A stretch of DNA of 22,070 nucleotides from Pseudomonadota bacterium (GTDB lineage Bacteria > Bdellovibrionota_B > Oligoflexia > Oligoflexales > RGVZ01). The DNA lies in NCBI GenBank assembly GCA_041178085.1, contig JBEGVZ010000127.1:1-22070 (forward strand), read 5' to 3'. Shown in pieces: positions 1 through 8,651 of this stretch (position 1 is its first letter; each line of letters opens with the position of its first letter). The notes under the pieces were generated by a model that saw nothing but the letters and a program-made list of their open reading frames with translations, was not told where the DNA came from and searched no databases. Position numbers and translations under genes: made by a program.

Positions 1-516
1 GTGCTCGTGGATGGCAAGCAGGAAGGCGTCGTTGATGGGCCGAAGCCTGCTTTTGAGCCCAGGACTGAAGAGGAAATGAAAAAGATTGAGGAACTGGTCA
101 AGCGTGCCATGGGTTTCAAGGACGGCCGCGATGAGGTCCAGGTTCACAACATGATGTTCCAGATGGATAACGCTCAACGCCAGGTTATCTCAATGGAAAC
201 CCAGGAGCGTCGTGAGTATTTCTCCACAATCGCGGTTTCGGCGGCAGTCGCCCTTTCCTTGATTTTGTTCTTTGCATTCATCGTGAGGCCTTACTTCCGC
301 TGGTTGACCTACGATACCCAGCGCAAGCATGAAGCCGCCATCATCGAGGAATACAAACCTGATCTTGAACAGAACATGGTCCAGTCACTTCAGGTGAAGG
401 AAGAAGTTCCATTCGAGAAGATGACCCAACAGGAACAGGTCCTGTACATCGCGAAGAATGATCCCAAGCGTACGGTCGAGGCGATCCGGATGATCCTCTC
501 ACCACAACAGGGTTGA
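1..516 (+). CDS. fliF: Flagellar M-ring protein FliF, C-terminal part (5' end lies outside the window)
   Basis: 'PRTEEEMKKIEELVKRAMGFKDGRDEVQVHNMMF' resembles the FliF C-terminal ring segment, followed by a TM helix (AVSAAVALSLILFFAFIVRPYF) and a 'KNDPKRTVEAIRMIL' tail like the FliG-binding helix. Lies directly upstream of fliH/fliI. Confidence 0.88.
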   Translation: MLVDGKQEGVVDGPKPAFEPRTEEEMKKIEELVKRAMGFKDGRDEVQVHNMMFQMDNAQRQVISMETQERREYFSTIAVSAAVALSLILFFAFIVRPYFRWLTYDTQRKHEAAIIEEYKPDLEQNMVQSLQVKEEVPFEKMTQQEQVLYIAKNDPKRTVEAIRMILSPQQG

Positions 517-519
517 TCC

Positions 520-1776
520 ATGTCTCAAATGAACCGGGATGGTCGCAAGCTCGCAGGAAGGTTCATCAAGCGCAGTGATCGCTTGATGGACCATGTCGCG
601 ATCGGCAAGTTTTCCTTCGAGGAAATCTGCCCGTCAGAGATGGCCTATTTTGACAACGACGATTCCTCGATCATTCATGTGCGGCTGCATGAGCCATCGA
701 ATCTTGAAAAGACCGTCAGGCAGCATCCTAATTTTGACGTCGATATATCTCCCCAGGATGGCGAACGCGAAGTCATCTTGCCACGCGATTTCACCAACGA
801 GTGGCGCAGCTATGTCTCCCCTTCATCTGGCCGGACCCGTCGCCCGGGCCGGGGAGATGACGTGATGGAACTGAATGATGAAGGTCAGCGGCAGTTCGCC
901 GAGATTTTCGGTGGCGGGGCCGCGTCCAGTGTTTTTACTTCGCGAGCCGCTGAAAGCCAGGAAAAGAATGGCGCGAGTAACGCAGAACAGTCCCCGCTTG
1001 CAGCGGACGCAGGCGTATTCCGGATCAACCGCGAGGACATCCGGTCTGCGCCTGCAGCGCAGGATCTTCGTTCGAGCCAGCCACAGCCACCAAGCGAGGA
1101 ATTCATTCCCCTGGGTACGGCACCGGCATCGGCCAGCGTGGACTCGGTTAGCCAGGTCGAGACGGCCGCAGTGGATAACTGGAAGGCTCGCCGCGAGATG
1201 GAAGAAGAAGCGAATCGCCTTGCGGCGGCTGCCCGTGAAGACGGGCTGAAATCCGGCCTCGAGGAAGGCCGCAAGAGCGGGTACGAGAAAGGTTACGAGG
1301 AAGGCTTCAAAATCGGCGAGGAGAAAGGCGAACTGTCTGCCCGGCAGGTAGCCAGCCAGTTCTTCGGTCGCGCTGGTGATCTGATCAAGGAGTTTGAATC
1401 CCTGAAAGGTCAGATCCTCGACAACGTTCAGCAGAACTTCTTTGACCTTTGCCAGGCGATGGGTGAAGCCCTGCTGGAACGGGAATTTGAAATCCATCCC
1501 GAAGCATTTGCCTCGATCATGCGCAAAGCGGTGACTGAAACAGTTAAGGGCGATCAGTTCACCATCCGCGTCAACCCTGCCACTGCGGAAGCCATGGCCA
1601 AGGCCGGGGTCCAGGACCTCGATTCCCATATCGTCAAGGATGCCGCTGTCCCTGCTTGGGAGTTCAAGCTTGAGTCCCAGTTGAGCGTCGTTGATGTGCA
1701 GGCCAAAAAAATGATCCGGTCGCTGCTTGGTCAGGCTGACGTGTCGCTGTTCAAGAAAGAAGACAAGGCGGGATGA
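520..1776 (+). CDS. fliH: Flagellar export regulator FliH with a ~220-aa N-terminal extension
   Basis: GxxxG repeat run (EDGLKSGLEEGRKSGYEKGYEEGFKIGEEKG) followed by a FliH-like C-terminal domain (TIRVNP...IVKD...KLESQLSVVD); stop overlaps the fliI start (ATGA). Confidence 0.82.
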   Translation: MSQMNRDGRKLAGRFIKRSDRLMDHVAIGKFSFEEICPSEMAYFDNDDSSIIHVRLHEPSNLEKTVRQHPNFDVDISPQDGEREVILPRDFTNEWRSYVSPSSGRTRRPGRGDDVMELNDEGQRQFAEIFGGGAASSVFTSRAAESQEKNGASNAEQSPLAADAGVFRINREDIRSAPAAQDLRSSQPQPPSEEFIPLGTAPASASVDSVSQVETAAVDNWKARREMEEEANRLAAAAREDGLKSGLEEGRKSGYEKGYEEGFKIGEEKGELSARQVASQFFGRAGDLIKEFESLKGQILDNVQQNFFDLCQAMGEALLEREFEIHPEAFASIMRKAVTETVKGDQFTIRVNPATAEAMAKAGVQDLDSHIVKDAAVPAWEFKLESQLSVVDVQAKKMIRSLLGQADVSLFKKEDKAG

Positions 1777-3140
1777 CCATGAATGAGGCGATGAAAAGCC
1801 CTGTGCAGCTGCGGCGTTTCTCTCGCCCGGAACTAGCCCGTTCGTTTTCCCACATCTCATGGGACACACGGGGCAAAGTCTGTGACGTTGTGGGTACCGT
1901 CATCGAAGCATTCCTGCCAAGTGCCCAGCTGGGTAGCGTGGTGGCAATTGCAGTTGGCGGGCATCAGGGCGAAGTCCTTGGCGAGGTTTCTGGATTTCGC
2001 GATGAACGTGCCTTGATTCTGCCGTATGGGAATCTGGGTGGCATCGCACCCGGGTGCACAGTCACAGCCCTCAACCGTTTCGATCAGATTCTCGTCGGCG
2101 AACACCTGGTCGGCAAGGTCGTCGATCCAATGCTTCAGCCCCTCACAGGTTCAATTTCCCCGGCAAACTCCGAAACGTCTGCCATGATGCCGTTAGAACG
2201 CGCCGCACCAAATCCCATGCAACGTAAGCGGATTGAGCATCACTTGACCTTGGGCGTCCGGTCGCTTGACGGACTGCTTACGTTCGGTGAAGGGCAGCGC
2301 ATTGGTCTGATGGCCGGATCTGGAGTCGGAAAATCCGTCCTGATGGGTATGATTGCCCGGGGTTCCGCCGCTGATATCAACGTAATCGGGTTGATTGGTG
2401 AGCGGGGGCGGGAGGTTCGCGAGTTTCTTGAGCGCGACCTGGGCGCAGAGGGCCTCGCCCGCTCGGTCGTGGTCGTGGTGACTGGTGACCAGTCGCCCCT
2501 GATGCGTCTTCGCGGTGCCCGCGCAGTCACATCCATTGCAGAGTATTTCGCAGGCCGCGGCAAACGCGTCATGTTGATGATGGATTCCCTGACGCGGGTC
2601 GCGATGGCGCAGCGCGAAATTGGTTTGGCCGTGGGCGAACCGCCGACTGCAAAAGGTTATCCGCCATCTACTTTCAGCATGTTGCCGCGTTTGCTGGAAC
2701 GATGCGGGCCGATGCCAGAGGGTGCAGGCAGCATCAGCGGGATTTACACCGTTCTTGTCGATGGTGACGACTTCAATGACCCGATCCCTGACGCGGCCCG
2801 TTCTATTCTTGATGGACACGTGAATCTTTCGCGAACCCTGGCGGCCCGCGGACATTTCCCGGCCATCGAAGTGACCACGAGCGCCAGCCGCGTCATGTAC
2901 GACATCGTCCCAAAGGACCACTGGACCCTTGCCAACAAGATGCGGGGACTGCTTGGTGTGTATGAAGAGAACCGGGACTACATCCAGATCGGTACATACC
3001 AGCCTGGCTCAAATCCTCAGTTGGACCTCGCGATACAACTGATGCCACAGATCGAAAAATTCCTGAAGCAGGACATGGACGAGCGTTCGACCTATGACGA
3101 AGCCGTGACCAGCTTGCGAGAGTTGCTGGCAAGCCGATGA
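1773..3140 (+). CDS. fliI: Flagellar type III export ATPase FliI
   Basis: Walker A 'AGSGVGKS', 'GERGREV', 'MDSLTR', 'GEPPTAKGYPPS', 'RSILDGH'; sits between fliH and fliJ. Confidence 0.95.
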   Translation: MTMNEAMKSPVQLRRFSRPELARSFSHISWDTRGKVCDVVGTVIEAFLPSAQLGSVVAIAVGGHQGEVLGEVSGFRDERALILPYGNLGGIAPGCTVTALNRFDQILVGEHLVGKVVDPMLQPLTGSISPANSETSAMMPLERAAPNPMQRKRIEHHLTLGVRSLDGLLTFGEGQRIGLMAGSGVGKSVLMGMIARGSAADINVIGLIGERGREVREFLERDLGAEGLARSVVVVVTGDQSPLMRLRGARAVTSIAEYFAGRGKRVMLMMDSLTRVAMAQREIGLAVGEPPTAKGYPPSTFSMLPRLLERCGPMPEGAGSISGIYTVLVDGDDFNDPIPDAARSILDGHVNLSRTLAARGHFPAIEVTTSASRVMYDIVPKDHWTLANKMRGLLGVYEENRDYIQIGTYQPGSNPQLDLAIQLMPQIEKFLKQDMDERSTYDEAVTSLRELLASR

Positions 3141-3154
3141 ATCCCGGGGGTTGA

Positions 3155-3604
3155 ATGAAGGCAAAGCTGAAGCAAATCGCACGGCTTGGCACCGTCGAGG
3201 GCGTCAAGCAGATGCGGGTTGATGGCGAGGCCAGGGCTCTTGCGGAGATTCGCACACAGAAGAGTCAGCTGGAGAATCATCTTGTGGAATGGCAGCGGAA
3301 GTACATCGATGGTGTCGCAACGTTGAACCGGGAGCGGGAGTCCCAGACGAGGACGATGCTCTTCGCCCTTGAAGGCGCAGTGGATCATGCTCGGGAAACT
3401 CTTTTTCAGCTCTTTCAGGCGTTGCGCGAGATGGATTCCCGTGAACAAGCCCAGATGATGCAGCTTGACATGGCGCGACGGGAACTGGAATCGGTGAAAG
3501 TGCTGCGGGATTCCCATCGCGAGTCCCTCAATCGTGAGATCGCCCGCAATGAGCAGAAGCAATTGGATGAAATCGGTCTGCGTCGTTTCATTCAGACCCG
3601 TTGA
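3155..3604 (+). CDS. fliJ: Flagellar export chaperone FliJ
   Basis: 149-aa coiled-coil protein directly after fliI, with the characteristic C-terminal 'EQKQLDE'. Confidence 0.8.
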   Translation: MKAKLKQIARLGTVEGVKQMRVDGEARALAEIRTQKSQLENHLVEWQRKYIDGVATLNRERESQTRTMLFALEGAVDHARETLFQLFQALREMDSREQAQMMQLDMARRELESVKVLRDSHRESLNREIARNEQKQLDEIGLRRFIQTR

Positions 3605-3618
3605 TGCCGGAGGTTCCC

Positions 3619-4506
3619 ATGGCGTGGATTCGTGAATCTGAAACAAACCCTGGCGTCGCTGTCCCGGGATGGCTTAAACATGTCGTCGCCGCAAAACTAG
3701 TGATTGTCGGACTTGTTTTTGCAATGCAGTCCGGCCATTTGAGGTTTGGCGAGACAAGCCTGAGTGCCGCGGAAAAAGATGCCCCTGCAGGGGCTCCCGC
3801 AGACGCCAAGGCTCCGTCGGCTGTCGCTGAACCCGGTCGCAAGAGCTTTCTGGATGATCTTCTGGACTTGCCTTCACTCGATCGCGAGAACCTCAAGAAG
3901 GAGGACGTTGCCCGCTATCTTTCGATGGCGGACCGTAAGAAGAAGCAGATTGACGAGCGGGTGCAGGTGCTTGCCCGCCGGGAAAAAAAGCTGCAGGAGC
4001 TTGAGAAATCGATCGAGGAAAAATTAAAAAAACTGGACGAGGAGCGGAAATTCTTTTCCCAGAGCATCCAACAGGAAAAGGACTTGCAGGGGCAAAGGCT
4101 CGACAAACTGGTGGAGCTCTACGACAAAATGGAGCCCAAAAAGGCGGCCCCTGTGTTTGAGAAGATGGATGATGATCTGGTCGTGGCCCTTTTCAAACGT
4201 TTACGGCAAAAGCAGGTCACGTTGATCCTGGAGACCATGAGCGCAGAGAAAAGTGTCAAGCTCAGCGAATACTTTGGTCGTGTCAGGTCCGGGAAAGAGT
4301 ACGACTTGCTGAAGGAAATGAATTCATCGCTTCGGCAGGAATTTTCAGAGTGCAAGGGAATGCCGAAAGAGCCGGCGGCACTCGGCGCGGGAGCCCCTGC
4401 GGCGGCGCCAGTATCTGCGCCCGTTCCCGCCGCTAATCCGGCTCAGGCAGCGGCACCTGCGCAGGCCGCTCCGGCGGGTGCCAACCCAGCCCCAAAGGGG
4501 CAGTAA
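3619..4506 (+). CDS. MotE/FlbB-like (MgtE N-terminal-like) flagellar protein with an Ala/Pro-rich tail
   Basis: N-terminal TM segment, coiled coil, then 'LVELYDKMEPKKAAPVFEKMDDDLVVALFKRLRQKQVTLILETMSAEK', typical of the family and of the post-fliJ position. Start set at ATG 3619 (GGAGG at 3609-3613). Confidence 0.75.
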   Translation: MAWIRESETNPGVAVPGWLKHVVAAKLVIVGLVFAMQSGHLRFGETSLSAAEKDAPAGAPADAKAPSAVAEPGRKSFLDDLLDLPSLDRENLKKEDVARYLSMADRKKKQIDERVQVLARREKKLQELEKSIEEKLKKLDEERKFFSQSIQQEKDLQGQRLDKLVELYDKMEPKKAAPVFEKMDDDLVVALFKRLRQKQVTLILETMSAEKSVKLSEYFGRVRSGKEYDLLKEMNSSLRQEFSECKGMPKEPAALGAGAPAAAPVSAPVPAANPAQAAAPAQAAPAGANPAPKGQ

Positions 4507-4510
4507 TATC

Positions 4511-5323
4511 TCAGGTTCCTGCGGCGGGAGTTGCTGCCTGATGGCTTGATGGGCGGCTCCTTGCCACCATCAGGACGCAAACTCCAAATATCCACATCAG
4601 TGCACAGAGCAGCTGGCCCATGGAAAAGGGGCCGAGGACCGTTCCGAGCTGGGCATCCGGCTCGCGGAAAAATTCCGCAACGAAACGGAAGCTCGCGTAA
4701 CCGAGCAAAAACACGGCCGAGACAACGCCTGTCTTTGGTTTTCTTGAGTAAACATAAAGCATCAATGCGAGCAGCAACCAGCCCTCGAGCATGGATTCGT
4801 ATAGTTGCGATGGATGGCGTGGCAGGGGGCCGCCGGTTGGGAACACCATTGCCCAGGGTACGTCAGTAACCCGGCCCCACAATTCACCGTTGATGAAGTT
4901 TCCGATCCGGCCAAAGCCCAGTCCTACAGGAATGATGGCCGCGATATGATCGGTCAGGTTCATGAAGTCGATGCGATTGCGGCGCGCAAAGATAAACAGC
5001 GCAAGGATTGATCCAAGGAGCCCTCCATGGAAAGACAAGCCGCCTTGCCAGATTGCAGGAATCTCTTTCCAGTTGTTCCAGTAGTAGTCGAAGTTGTAGA
5101 TGAAGACGTAGGCGGTTCTCGCCCCGAGGATCATCCCCACCAGCCCATAAACGAGGCAAGTTTCCAGCTGCTCATGGTCCATTTGCAGGCGCCCTGTGCG
5201 TGAGGCCCGGCGCAGGAAAAGGAACACCGCGAGCAATCCGATGATGTACATCATCGAGTACCAGCGCAGTTGGAAAGGTCCGATTGAAAAGATGGCCGGG
5301 TCAATATTCGGATATGGCAGCAT
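4511..5323 (-). CDS. lgt: Prolipoprotein diacylglyceryl transferase
   Basis: 'GPFQLRWYSMMY', 'WQGGLSFHGG', 'GRIGNFINGELWGR', 'RHPSQLYE', 'RFVAEFFREPD'. Confidence 0.97.
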   Translation of the reverse strand: MLPYPNIDPAIFSIGPFQLRWYSMMYIIGLLAVFLFLRRASRTGRLQMDHEQLETCLVYGLVGMILGARTAYVFIYNFDYYWNNWKEIPAIWQGGLSFHGGLLGSILALFIFARRNRIDFMNLTDHIAAIIPVGLGFGRIGNFINGELWGRVTDVPWAMVFPTGGPLPRHPSQLYESMLEGWLLLALMLYVYSRKPKTGVVSAVFLLGYASFRFVAEFFREPDAQLGTVLGPFSMGQLLCALMWIFGVCVLMVARSRPSSHQAATPAAGT

Positions 5324-5374
5324 TTTTACCCCGTTTTTTGTGAAATTCTAACGGACACGGCACCTTTCCCGCAA

Positions 5375-5408
5375 CCCGTAATCGTTACGGGCGGTTCCGT
5401 GCTAAAAT
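5375..5408 (+). promoter_or_regulatory. Perfect palindrome CCCGTAA-tcg-TTACGGG followed by an extended -10 (TGcTAAAAT)
   Basis: Palindrome at 5375-5391 and TG-C-TAAAAT at 5400-5408, in the divergent region between lgt and the large hypothetical gene. Confidence 0.45.
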
Positions 5409-5434
5409 GGAATCATCCACTAACAGGTTGGCTC

Positions 5435-7954
5435 ATGAACGACAAACGCGACATGTCGGCCGCCCAGCTCGCACGCATCCTGCGCGAGGCCCGGGCTCGA
5501 GGTGCGCCCGTTTCGCAGGTGATCGAAAAGGGACTTGCTGCCATGCGCGGTGGCAGGCAGCAGGAAGCCGAGCCCAACCATCCACCCGTCCAAAGCGCGG
5601 CCCCGGGAAAACAGGATGCCGCCCAGTTGCGCAAGATGATTGTTGCCCTGGTGCAATCGGGTGGCAAGTGGCCCCAGTTGCAGGCTTTGGCATGGAAGCT
5701 CTTTCACCTTGAACCGGGCGATCGTTCCGCGGCTCACATTGTTGAGCTTTGCGCTTTGCATGGGACAAGGACGGAACTTCTCGACCTTTCTTCCTCCCTG
5801 GTCGAAGCTCGACACGCTTTTTACTTCCACTTGCATCCCCAGGTCCGCGAACGCCTGGCGTTGATCGCCTGGATTGCCGGGCGGTTTGACATGGTCTCCC
5901 CGCAGCTTTTGAAGTCCAAGGATTCGTCGCAATTGCTGCCATCCGAGCGTTTGATTCTGTTTCTTTACCTGGCGGGGGCCAAGGACCCCGGGCCTGCCTA
6001 CATGTACTTCAAGGCCAACCGTCCGGCGATTCTTGAAGCTGCGCGCACGTCCGGGCCTGTCATCCAAACCGACCTCGATGATGTAGTCCTGATGGCTGCC
6101 CGGCTCGCCCATGATCTTGGTTTTGATTTTGATGTGCGTGAGCTGGTTCGCCAGATTTCCCGCGAAAGTTCGCGCCACGCCGACGGTGTCGAGCTGCTGA
6201 ACCAGACAGTCAAGGAGTACCGGGAGTCCGCAGAGTCCTCTGCAGGCAGCACTGGTGATTTTGAAGTGCGCATGAGCGAGGGTACGTGGCAGCAGCGCAT
6301 CGATTACCTCAATTCAAGGCTGGACAAGATCCGCAACCTGGCCAGCACCCGTGATCCGGCCCGCGCCCGCGTGAATGAAGCGTTGAAGGATGTCACCAGG
6401 TTTTTCCCACAGGTTCCAGAGGCATGGGCCCAGCTTTCCCAGCTGCTTGTCCTGCACCGGGACCTGGCCGGCATGCTGCCGGCACTTAATGCGACTTTTG
6501 CCTCACAGGCCTTGGTGTTCCATCCTCCGCCACTCGACGCCGCGCTTTGGCAGGGTCCCGTGCAGGTTCCGCCTGATTTTTCTGACTTGCAGCAAGCATT
6601 CTGGCACAGCGTTGCGCTGATGCACCAGTATGTCGCCCATGGCAGTGGCCATGAGGAGACGCTGTGGAAGAGCCGCCGCCTCATGAACAGTGTCACTGCC
6701 GCGGCTGAGTTCCCGCTGCCTTTGCGGTGGAGCGACCTGTTGCGCTCCGCAACCCAGCACGTTTCCCGGCACGCAGGTATGCCCCCTGCCGAGCGCGATA
6801 CGATGCTGGCCCAGCTTGGCATTGCGGGCGAAACGGACTCCTTCAGCGCTCACGACATCGAGGTCTACCTGCAGAAGAATGCACGCACCCCTCTGGTGGT
6901 GCTTGATGAGCTTGAGCGCATTGCGGCGATCAAGAAGGCTCCGCAGGTTCAGCGGCTGGCGATCCTCAAAAAGGCCGCGGTCAGTTCCATGACCAATCAT
7001 GACCTCGACAAGGTCTTCCAGACATCGGTGCAATCCGGCAGCGGCCCAGCCAGCGATGACCTGTGCTGGCGCGTGGCATCGATTCTTTCTGTTCGCCAGA
7101 GCCTGCATCCATCTGCGCGCCATGCGCTTGAAATTTCCGGTGAGCGGCGCTCATTCTGTCCCTTTCTCGTGCCGGCCTTTCACGACGTCGAGACAACCAT
7201 TTTGGAGGGTTTGTCTCCCTTGCAGGCAGCGTTCGTCCGCTCGGTTTTGCGGACAGGTCCACGGCTGCCGGAAATGTTCAGTTTGCTGGATTCCCGGGCG
7301 CGGATTCTGAAGCCAGTCCCCTCCCCCGCTGGAACTCCGCAAGCGGCCGTTGACCAGGCGATAAAGAACCTGCCCTGGCTTGGGTCCAGTGTGAAGGTAT
7401 ACCGGTTCAGCCATGAACAGCTCGTGTTCGGCGGGCTCGCTCTGCCGGCATTTGTACGGATTGCACCGGCGAATTCCTGGGGATTGCTGTTCATCATGCT
7501 GGCCCACAGACTTGGTTTGCAAGCATGGGACTGCAAGGTATCCCGGCTCGCCAACACCTGCACCGAAGTGATCCCTCGTGTCGCACACCTGCCCGAGTAC
7601 AAGGCGCAGGCATCCAAGGTCGCCCGTTGGTTGCGTGACCTTTCCGCAGAAGAGCGGCTGGCCTGGCAGGAACTTGGCACGACATGTCGCGCGTTCACGG
7701 ACCAGGAGGGCATGGACCTCCTCGCAAGCGTCATTGCCCGGATGGCGATCATGATCCACCCGGACCATCAAGGCGCCCTTGGTGCGCTTCAGCAGATGCG
7801 CGTTGACTTGCCAGTGTTGCGGAATCTAGAGGGGTGGTTGCTGGGTCCGGCGTATTCTGACTACCGCCAGACCCAGAACTTGCTGTCGCGTATCATGGTA
7901 CCGCTGAATTTGCGGCGCCTTCCCGGGATCAGTGTCCCTTCGACTTCTCAGTAG
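5435..7954 (+). CDS. Large, predicted alpha-helical hypothetical protein (~839 aa), possibly TPR-like
   Basis: Long uninterrupted ORF. Start set at ATG 5435 because an extended -10 overlaps GTG 5399. No catalytic motif recognised. Confidence 0.75.
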   Translation: MNDKRDMSAAQLARILREARARGAPVSQVIEKGLAAMRGGRQQEAEPNHPPVQSAAPGKQDAAQLRKMIVALVQSGGKWPQLQALAWKLFHLEPGDRSAAHIVELCALHGTRTELLDLSSSLVEARHAFYFHLHPQVRERLALIAWIAGRFDMVSPQLLKSKDSSQLLPSERLILFLYLAGAKDPGPAYMYFKANRPAILEAARTSGPVIQTDLDDVVLMAARLAHDLGFDFDVRELVRQISRESSRHADGVELLNQTVKEYRESAESSAGSTGDFEVRMSEGTWQQRIDYLNSRLDKIRNLASTRDPARARVNEALKDVTRFFPQVPEAWAQLSQLLVLHRDLAGMLPALNATFASQALVFHPPPLDAALWQGPVQVPPDFSDLQQAFWHSVALMHQYVAHGSGHEETLWKSRRLMNSVTAAAEFPLPLRWSDLLRSATQHVSRHAGMPPAERDTMLAQLGIAGETDSFSAHDIEVYLQKNARTPLVVLDELERIAAIKKAPQVQRLAILKKAAVSSMTNHDLDKVFQTSVQSGSGPASDDLCWRVASILSVRQSLHPSARHALEISGERRSFCPFLVPAFHDVETTILEGLSPLQAAFVRSVLRTGPRLPEMFSLLDSRARILKPVPSPAGTPQAAVDQAIKNLPWLGSSVKVYRFSHEQLVFGGLALPAFVRIAPANSWGLLFIMLAHRLGLQAWDCKVSRLANTCTEVIPRVAHLPEYKAQASKVARWLRDLSAEERLAWQELGTTCRAFTDQEGMDLLASVIARMAIMIHPDHQGALGALQQMRVDLPVLRNLEGWLLGPAYSDYRQTQNLLSRIMVPLNLRRLPGISVPSTSQ

Positions 7955-8490
7955 GCGTCAGGAAGAACGCTTGCGCTGCGTTCCGGATTAGCCTTGATCT
8001 CGCGAATGATCTCGATGGCCTTTGCTTGCAGCAAGCGGCCTTCCTTCATCCGTTCGCACAGATAGCCCTCAGCAGGATCCGTGTGCTCGTAAACTGTGCT
8101 GTGCTGGGGCCACAGGTTTGAGTCGTCATTGCTGCCACCCATGCACAACGGGATGTAGTGGTCGATCTTGAAGGATTGGCGGTCCATTTTTGTTGTTTCA
8201 AAGCCAAGCTCACGATCGTAGCGAACGAAAATGGCAGCCTTGCGTGACGATTCGACGTCACGGTTGCAGTACGGAACTTTCTCTGGATAACGGTAGGTGT
8301 CGGGGCTATCGCACTTGCTGCCAGGAGTCAGGCTGTGATCTGGCGTGGTCGGATAGCGACCGTTGCTGTCGATCGCAGCGAGCTTTGCGCTCATGCTGGT
8401 CTCGGATACAGGGCCACAGGCAAACAGGAATGCGGTCAGGGAACTTACCAACAGGAAGAATGCAATACGGGAACCGGAACGGCTGCTCAT
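7948..8490 (-). CDS. Predicted lipoprotein HNH (His-Me finger) endonuclease
   Basis: Signal peptide with lipobox LFA-C ('SSLTAFLFACGP'); 'FKIDHYIPLCMGGSNDDSNLWPQ' matches the HNH motif DHxxPxxxGGxxxxxNL; SD GAGGAG 5 nt before the ATG. Confidence 0.85.
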   Translation of the reverse strand: MSSRSGSRIAFFLLVSSLTAFLFACGPVSETSMSAKLAAIDSNGRYPTTPDHSLTPGSKCDSPDTYRYPEKVPYCNRDVESSRKAAIFVRYDRELGFETTKMDRQSFKIDHYIPLCMGGSNDDSNLWPQHSTVYEHTDPAEGYLCERMKEGRLLQAKAIEIIREIKANPERSASVLPDAY

Positions 8491-8496
8491 TCTTTC

Positions 8497-8561
8497 TCCT
8501 CATAGAGGGGCATTTGCGGCGCCCCGTAGAAACACCAGCCCAATCGCTGGCTTATATGGGA
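8497..8561 (-). promoter_or_regulatory. Purine riboswitch aptamer, guanine-type (C at the position-74 equivalent), predicted translational OFF switch
   Basis: Minus strand reads UCCCAUA-UAA-GCCAGC-GAUUGG-GCUGGU-GUUUCUAC-GGGGCG-CCGCAAA-UGCCCC-UC-UAUGAGGA. This gives P1, J1/2 UAA, P2, L2 GG complementary to L3 CC, exact J2/3 GUUUCUAC, P3, and a discriminator C at 8505. Confidence 0.88.
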
Positions 8562-8651
8562 TCAAAACTCGATACAGTCATCATGTGAAACCGGATGCGG
8601 GGCGGTTCTTATTTCACAAAGCCGAGTCGCGCAAGGACAAATTAGGTCAGC

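Noticed and set aside
1237..1329. Periodic GAA/GGC-rich repeats
   Set aside because: Explained by the normal FliH GxxxG protein repeats.
823..1869. Long antisense ORFs (also 11493-12254, 12294-13304, 15299-16033, 16220-16915)
   Set aside because: Shadow frames of well-supported genes in GC-rich DNA, with no motifs.
4370..4503. GC-rich quasi-repeats
   Set aside because: They encode a low-complexity Ala/Pro tail; not a CRISPR or DNA repeat element.
1..4506. Non-flagellar injectisome T3SS
   Set aside because: The FliF-type C-terminus, the FliJ motif and the MotE/FlbB-like gene indicate a flagellar system.
7948..8490. HNH gene as a homing endonuclease or phage/mobile element
   Set aside because: It has a lipoprotein signal and a metabolite riboswitch; no intron, integrase, transposase or flanking repeats are visible.
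8497..8561. Adenine or classic 2'-dG riboswitch assignment
   Set aside because: The discriminator is C, not U, and J2/3 keeps U47/U51 (GUUUCUAC) rather than the C51 seen in 2'-dG classes I and II.
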